This document shows, one piece after another, positions 7,559 through 10,183 of a stretch of DNA of 10,183 nt (positions are counted from its first letter, which is position 1; each line of letters starts with the position of its first letter). The DNA lies in IMG/VR virus record IMGVR_UViG_3300029721_000031. One strand, written 5' to 3'. This DNA is from a virus. Taxonomy: Duplodnaviria; Heunggongvirae; Uroviricota; Caudoviricetes. Under the pieces are notes generated by a model. The model ran no database searches, was not told the DNA's origin, and was given only the letters and a program-made list of their open reading frames with translations. The position numbers and the translations under genes are program-made.

Positions 7559-8521
7559 TCAACTAATCGCATCAGCACTGGCTTTTGCGATCACGGCAGT
7601 CGGGGAGCATTTTTTTCTGGTTATCGTAGGTGCTTCATCTGCTGCGGTAATGCTCAATTGAACCTGGATAATGTCAGTATTACCCCCATCAGGCCATTCA
7701 CCTGACACCTGAACCTTCGGGAAACTGAAAGTGTATGCCCCCTCTCCATTCGAAAGCGTGAAGCTGAACGGAACTGTTTCTCCAGTCAGTGTTTTACTCC
7801 AGATTTCCCACGCGGCTTTAGACCATGAAAGCGTCACCGTACCGGACGGTGTAAAAGTAGTCGGAATATTTGCTCCTGCATAAGGCGAGCCAGTCCCGAT
7901 ACAACGCTGTGTCTGGAGTTTGTTATCGAACTGAATATCAAAACTGTCGATACAAAAACCGTTACCTCCGGCAACACCATTCAGGCTTACTGCTGAAACC
8001 GCCTTAAACGAATAGCGTAACTTTCCTGCACTATCCACAGGTTCGCCTTTGATAAAATTCGTATCATCGGCCTTTGATTCCCAGCCCAGCCCGGCAAAGG
8101 TTACGGTCGCTGTAATATCGCCGTCGTTAGGGATCTGCATTTTCCATGAGCCAACCTGCGCTCCTCTGACGACAGAGGCAATTCCGACATCGGACGCATA
8201 GGTCGCCAGAGAAAATGTTATTCGCTCATTCCCCATTGTCAGAGAATCGCCTGACCATTCCGCGCCGAAACAGGATGCAAGAAAATCATCATGTTGACCC
8301 CAGCGAAATTTGGTACCAACATCACCGCCGACATCCACAGTGCCAGGCGTCGCCCCCTGAGCCATCCGGGAGCCACCAATCTCATTATTTTCGCCTTTAT
8401 TCTGGGTGGGTTTTACTCCCCAGCTTGTGCGTTTTAATAAACTCCAGTCACCACTTGCTGGCGTAGTGCCTGCAACTGTCTCCCGGATAAATGCCGAGAT
8501 AACCTTTGCACCTGAACTCAC
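7559..8521 (-). CDS. V: Major tail (tube) protein, V-like (320 aa)
   Basis: Position immediately upstream of G/G-T. Gly/Thr/Ser-rich beta-type composition typical of tail tube proteins. GTG start at 8521 preceded by TAGGAGG with a 5-nt spacer. The family assignment is by synteny and composition, not a verified motif. Confidence 0.75.
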   Translation of the reverse strand: MSSGAKVISAFIRETVAGTTPASGDWSLLKRTSWGVKPTQNKGENNEIGGSRMAQGATPGTVDVGGDVGTKFRWGQHDDFLASCFGAEWSGDSLTMGNERITFSLATYASDVGIASVVRGAQVGSWKMQIPNDGDITATVTFAGLGWESKADDTNFIKGEPVDSAGKLRYSFKAVSAVSLNGVAGGNGFCIDSFDIQFDNKLQTQRCIGTGSPYAGANIPTTFTPSGTVTLSWSKAAWEIWSKTLTGETVPFSFTLSNGEGAYTFSFPKVQVSGEWPDGGNTDIIQVQLSITAADEAPTITRKKCSPTAVIAKASADAIS

Positions 8522-8547
8522 AGGAGCCTCCTATGTCATTAATTGCG

Positions 8548-8940
8548 CTAGAGCGCGCGATATGGAATTTGAAGATTAAGCTGGAACCAGCCATTCTTTT
8601 CGCCGACGGCTATTGAGGAAACAGCCTGGTAACTGAGACGATCGTCATCCTGAAACTCAAACAGTTCCCGCAATTTATCGGCTGTCTCAGTAATGAGTTT
8701 TGAACCAGAACCTGCGGGGACAAATAACTGAATAATGATTATCCCCGTGCGATAAACAACCGGCCCCGCGCCAATTTCATTAACTCCAGCTTGCCCGGGA
8801 ATATTACTTAACCGCGCCCAGATTAACTTACCGGAAGGATCGAACGTTGGCCCGTTCGGATACAATACGTCTTTTCCATCAATAATCGTCTGTGCCGTCA
8901 TTCTGGAAATAACCGTATTTCTGATTTCAGTAAACTTCAT
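8548..8940 (-). CDS. Tail terminator / tail completion protein (gpU-like role), 130 aa
   Basis: Size and position (directly upstream of the major tail gene) match the lambda U / siphovirus tail terminator slot. Start overlaps the upstream stop by 4 nt (ATGA). No specific motif verified. Confidence 0.55.
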   Translation of the reverse strand: MKFTEIRNTVISRMTAQTIIDGKDVLYPNGPTFDPSGKLIWARLSNIPGQAGVNEIGAGPVVYRTGIIIIQLFVPAGSGSKLITETADKLRELFEFQDDDRLSYQAVSSIAVGEKNGWFQLNLQIPYRAL

Positions 8941-9317
8941 TTGTAAGCCTGTAAAACACCATGAAAAGCGTTGGCATACACGCCAGTTGGCGCTTGTTGT
9001 GAATGACCGTTTTCAAGAGCCTCTGCATAAGGAAGGTTATTCTGGATATAAATAACCCCGTAATTTGCAGCTTTCGAAATAACCCCGATCCCACGCTGAA
9101 CAGCAATCGTACCGTTCGGATCCACGTTATCAGATATACCAAAATCGGGATGCTGTAACGACACCAGGTTGTTATTTCTGAAACGTCCGGTATCAACCGG
9201 AGCAGCAATATCAATAGCAGTAAGAATCTGAATAGCGATGTAGCGAATCTTCAGCCCTACATCTTCCTCAATCATCCCGGCAAATATTGACGGTTCTATA
9301 TCCCATGCCTTTGCCAT
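8937..9317 (-). CDS. HK97 gp10-family-like tail component / head-tail joining protein, 126 aa
   Basis: Contains PVDTGRFRNNN, resembling the DTGxLRxS motif I recall for the HK97 gp10-like family. Adjacent to and coupled with the neighbouring small structural genes. Confidence 0.55.
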   Translation of the reverse strand: MAKAWDIEPSIFAGMIEEDVGLKIRYIAIQILTAIDIAAPVDTGRFRNNNLVSLQHPDFGISDNVDPNGTIAVQRGIGVISKAANYGVIYIQNNLPYAEALENGHSQQAPTGVYANAFHGVLQAYK

Positions 9318-9701
9318 TTACGCTCTCCTTAACTGGATAGAGTAAACTGATGCGGAAGGATCTACACTTGCTGTAATTACCTCGTATCGTTGTAACTGCC
9401 TTGATACAGGATCATAAATCTCAATAATATGGTCGACAGCTGGTTTATCCGTAACCTCGCATACCAGAGCGGTTAATTTAAGGTCACCATGCAAAATATT
9501 AATCCCATCAATTCTGCCCAGCTTATAACGTGTCAACACGCCTCGCCCGGTATAGATTGCGGTGGATTCGCCGCCAGTTTCCGTCACAGGATCCCAGTGC
9601 CGGTGCGTAACGTAAGAACCAGAAAAATCACTCACGGCGTCCGCTAAATCCTCATCAAAAGCAGCGGCAACCTCTGACTGAATCTCTTCACGAAGCCCCA
9701 T
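9318..9701 (-). CDS. Head-tail adaptor / head closure-like protein, 127 aa
   Basis: Small ORF in the head-tail connector gene block. Its ATG shares one nucleotide with the upstream stop (TAATG). Function assigned by synteny only. Confidence 0.5.
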   Translation of the reverse strand: MGLREEIQSEVAAAFDEDLADAVSDFSGSYVTHRHWDPVTETGGESTAIYTGRGVLTRYKLGRIDGINILHGDLKLTALVCEVTDKPAVDHIIEIYDPVSRQLQRYEVITASVDPSASVYSIQLRRA

Positions 9702-10087
9702 TATCCCCCCCTCACAACCCTGACTTGTGAGCGACTAAGTCCGTACTGTTTCAGCAGTGCTATCGCAAGCTGTAAATCGGGTTCAAGCAATGCAGTGCTG
9801 TTTGCTGGCAACTCAGAAAATGATTTCGATACACTGACCCCGTCAGCCGACACGGCTTTACTGATAACAACGCCAGAATCATTTTTCTGCTGAAACAACT
9901 TACCGAATGAGGCAATTCTGGCTGCATATGCTCCCGCAAGTTTTACCTCTTCCGGAATACGGGATGGGTTAATTTTCAGGTTGAAGCCATTAAGCCAGGC
10001 ATTAGCCATTAAAACAGCTTTATTTTTAGCGTTCTCACTCGTCCAGGCGTTCCCAAACGCATTATCAACGTCATCACAGGTCACGTA
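9701..10087 (-). pseudogene. Head-tail connector-stage structural gene whose 5' end abuts the IS629 terminus; either 5'-truncated or cut off from its RBS and promoter
   Basis: Open frame runs right up to the IS boundary (Y-V-T-C-D-D-V-D-N-A-F-G-N-A-W...). The first possible start in phage DNA is a GTG at 10084..10082, only 3 nt from the IS end. The ORF-track N-terminus MTDFGGKTSIFSHPVYLFLRKFSLQDSRGGS is read-through into IS DNA. Confidence 0.5.
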
Positions 10088-10183
10088 TGAACCGCCCCGG
10101 GAATCCTGGAGACTAAACTTCCTGAGAAAGAGGTAAACAGGATGACTAAAAATACTCGTTTTTCCCCCGAAGTCCGTCAACGG
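10088..10183 (+). mobile_element. Left end of an IS629-like IS3-family insertion sequence (terminal inverted repeat starting TGAACCGCCCCGGG...), continuing beyond the window
   Basis: Sequence TGAACCGCCCCGGGAATCCTGGAGACTAAACTTCCTGAGAAAGAGGTAAACAGGATGACTAAAAATACTCG matches my recollection of the IS629 left terminus. It shows the IS3-family TG... end and an orfA start with RBS GAGG. Confidence 0.85.
10142..10183 (+). CDS. IS629-like transposase OrfA, first 14 codons (MTKNTRFSPEVRQR...), partial
   Basis: ATG at 10142 with GAGG 9 nt upstream. The N-terminal peptide MTKNTRFSPEVRQR matches the IS629/IS3-family OrfA N-terminus as I recall it. Confidence 0.85.
   Translation, partial: MTKNTRFSPEVRQR

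Noticed and set aside
6998-8466. Plus-strand ORFs 6998..7264, 7514..7705, 8215..8466
   Set aside because: Antisense to G, V and the intergenic hairpin. No signals and no features.
8927-9214. Minus-strand ORF 8927..9214 (95 aa)
   Set aside because: Alternate frame entirely inside the 8937..9317 gene. Hydrophobic low-complexity translation.
10088-10180. N-terminal 31 codons of the 159-aa ORF (MTDFGGKTSIFSHPVYLFLRKFSLQDSRGGS)
   Set aside because: This part is the reverse complement of the IS629 end and orfA start, so it is a chimeric read-through, not phage protein sequence.
1-10183. Search for CRISPR arrays, tRNA or rRNA genes, integrase/attachment sites, toxin-antitoxin or defense-system genes
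   Set aside because: No direct-repeat/spacer periodicity, no cloverleaf-like segments, and every ORF of credible size is accounted for by phage structural genes or the IS. I see no sequence evidence for a novel system in this window.

Overview
This 10.2 kb window is the tail-morphogenesis module of a lambdoid (lambda/HK97-mosaic) siphovirus prophage, almost entirely encoded on the minus strand. Reading right to left: an IS629-like (IS3 family) insertion sequence end at 10088 abutting or truncating a head-tail gene, three small head-tail joining/tail completion genes, a major tail protein, tail assembly chaperones G and G-T (with an apparent -1 frameshift site A_AAA_AAG), a 1077-aa tape measure protein with N-terminal tandem repeats, then lambda-like M, L, K, I and the 5' end of J. 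A 64-N assembly gap lies inside K. I found no evidence of a novel defense or cargo system: there are no moron-sized non-structural ORFs, no CRISPR array and no tRNA. The points worth follow-up are the IS insertion (prophage probably defective), an unusual 163-nt non-coding spacer with a terminator-like hairpin between T and the tape measure gene, a hairpin that may occlude the G ribosome-binding site, and a sharp base-composition change at the L/M boundary suggesting a mosaic junction. All homology statements rest on my recollection of lambda, HK97 and IS629 sequences, not on a database search.
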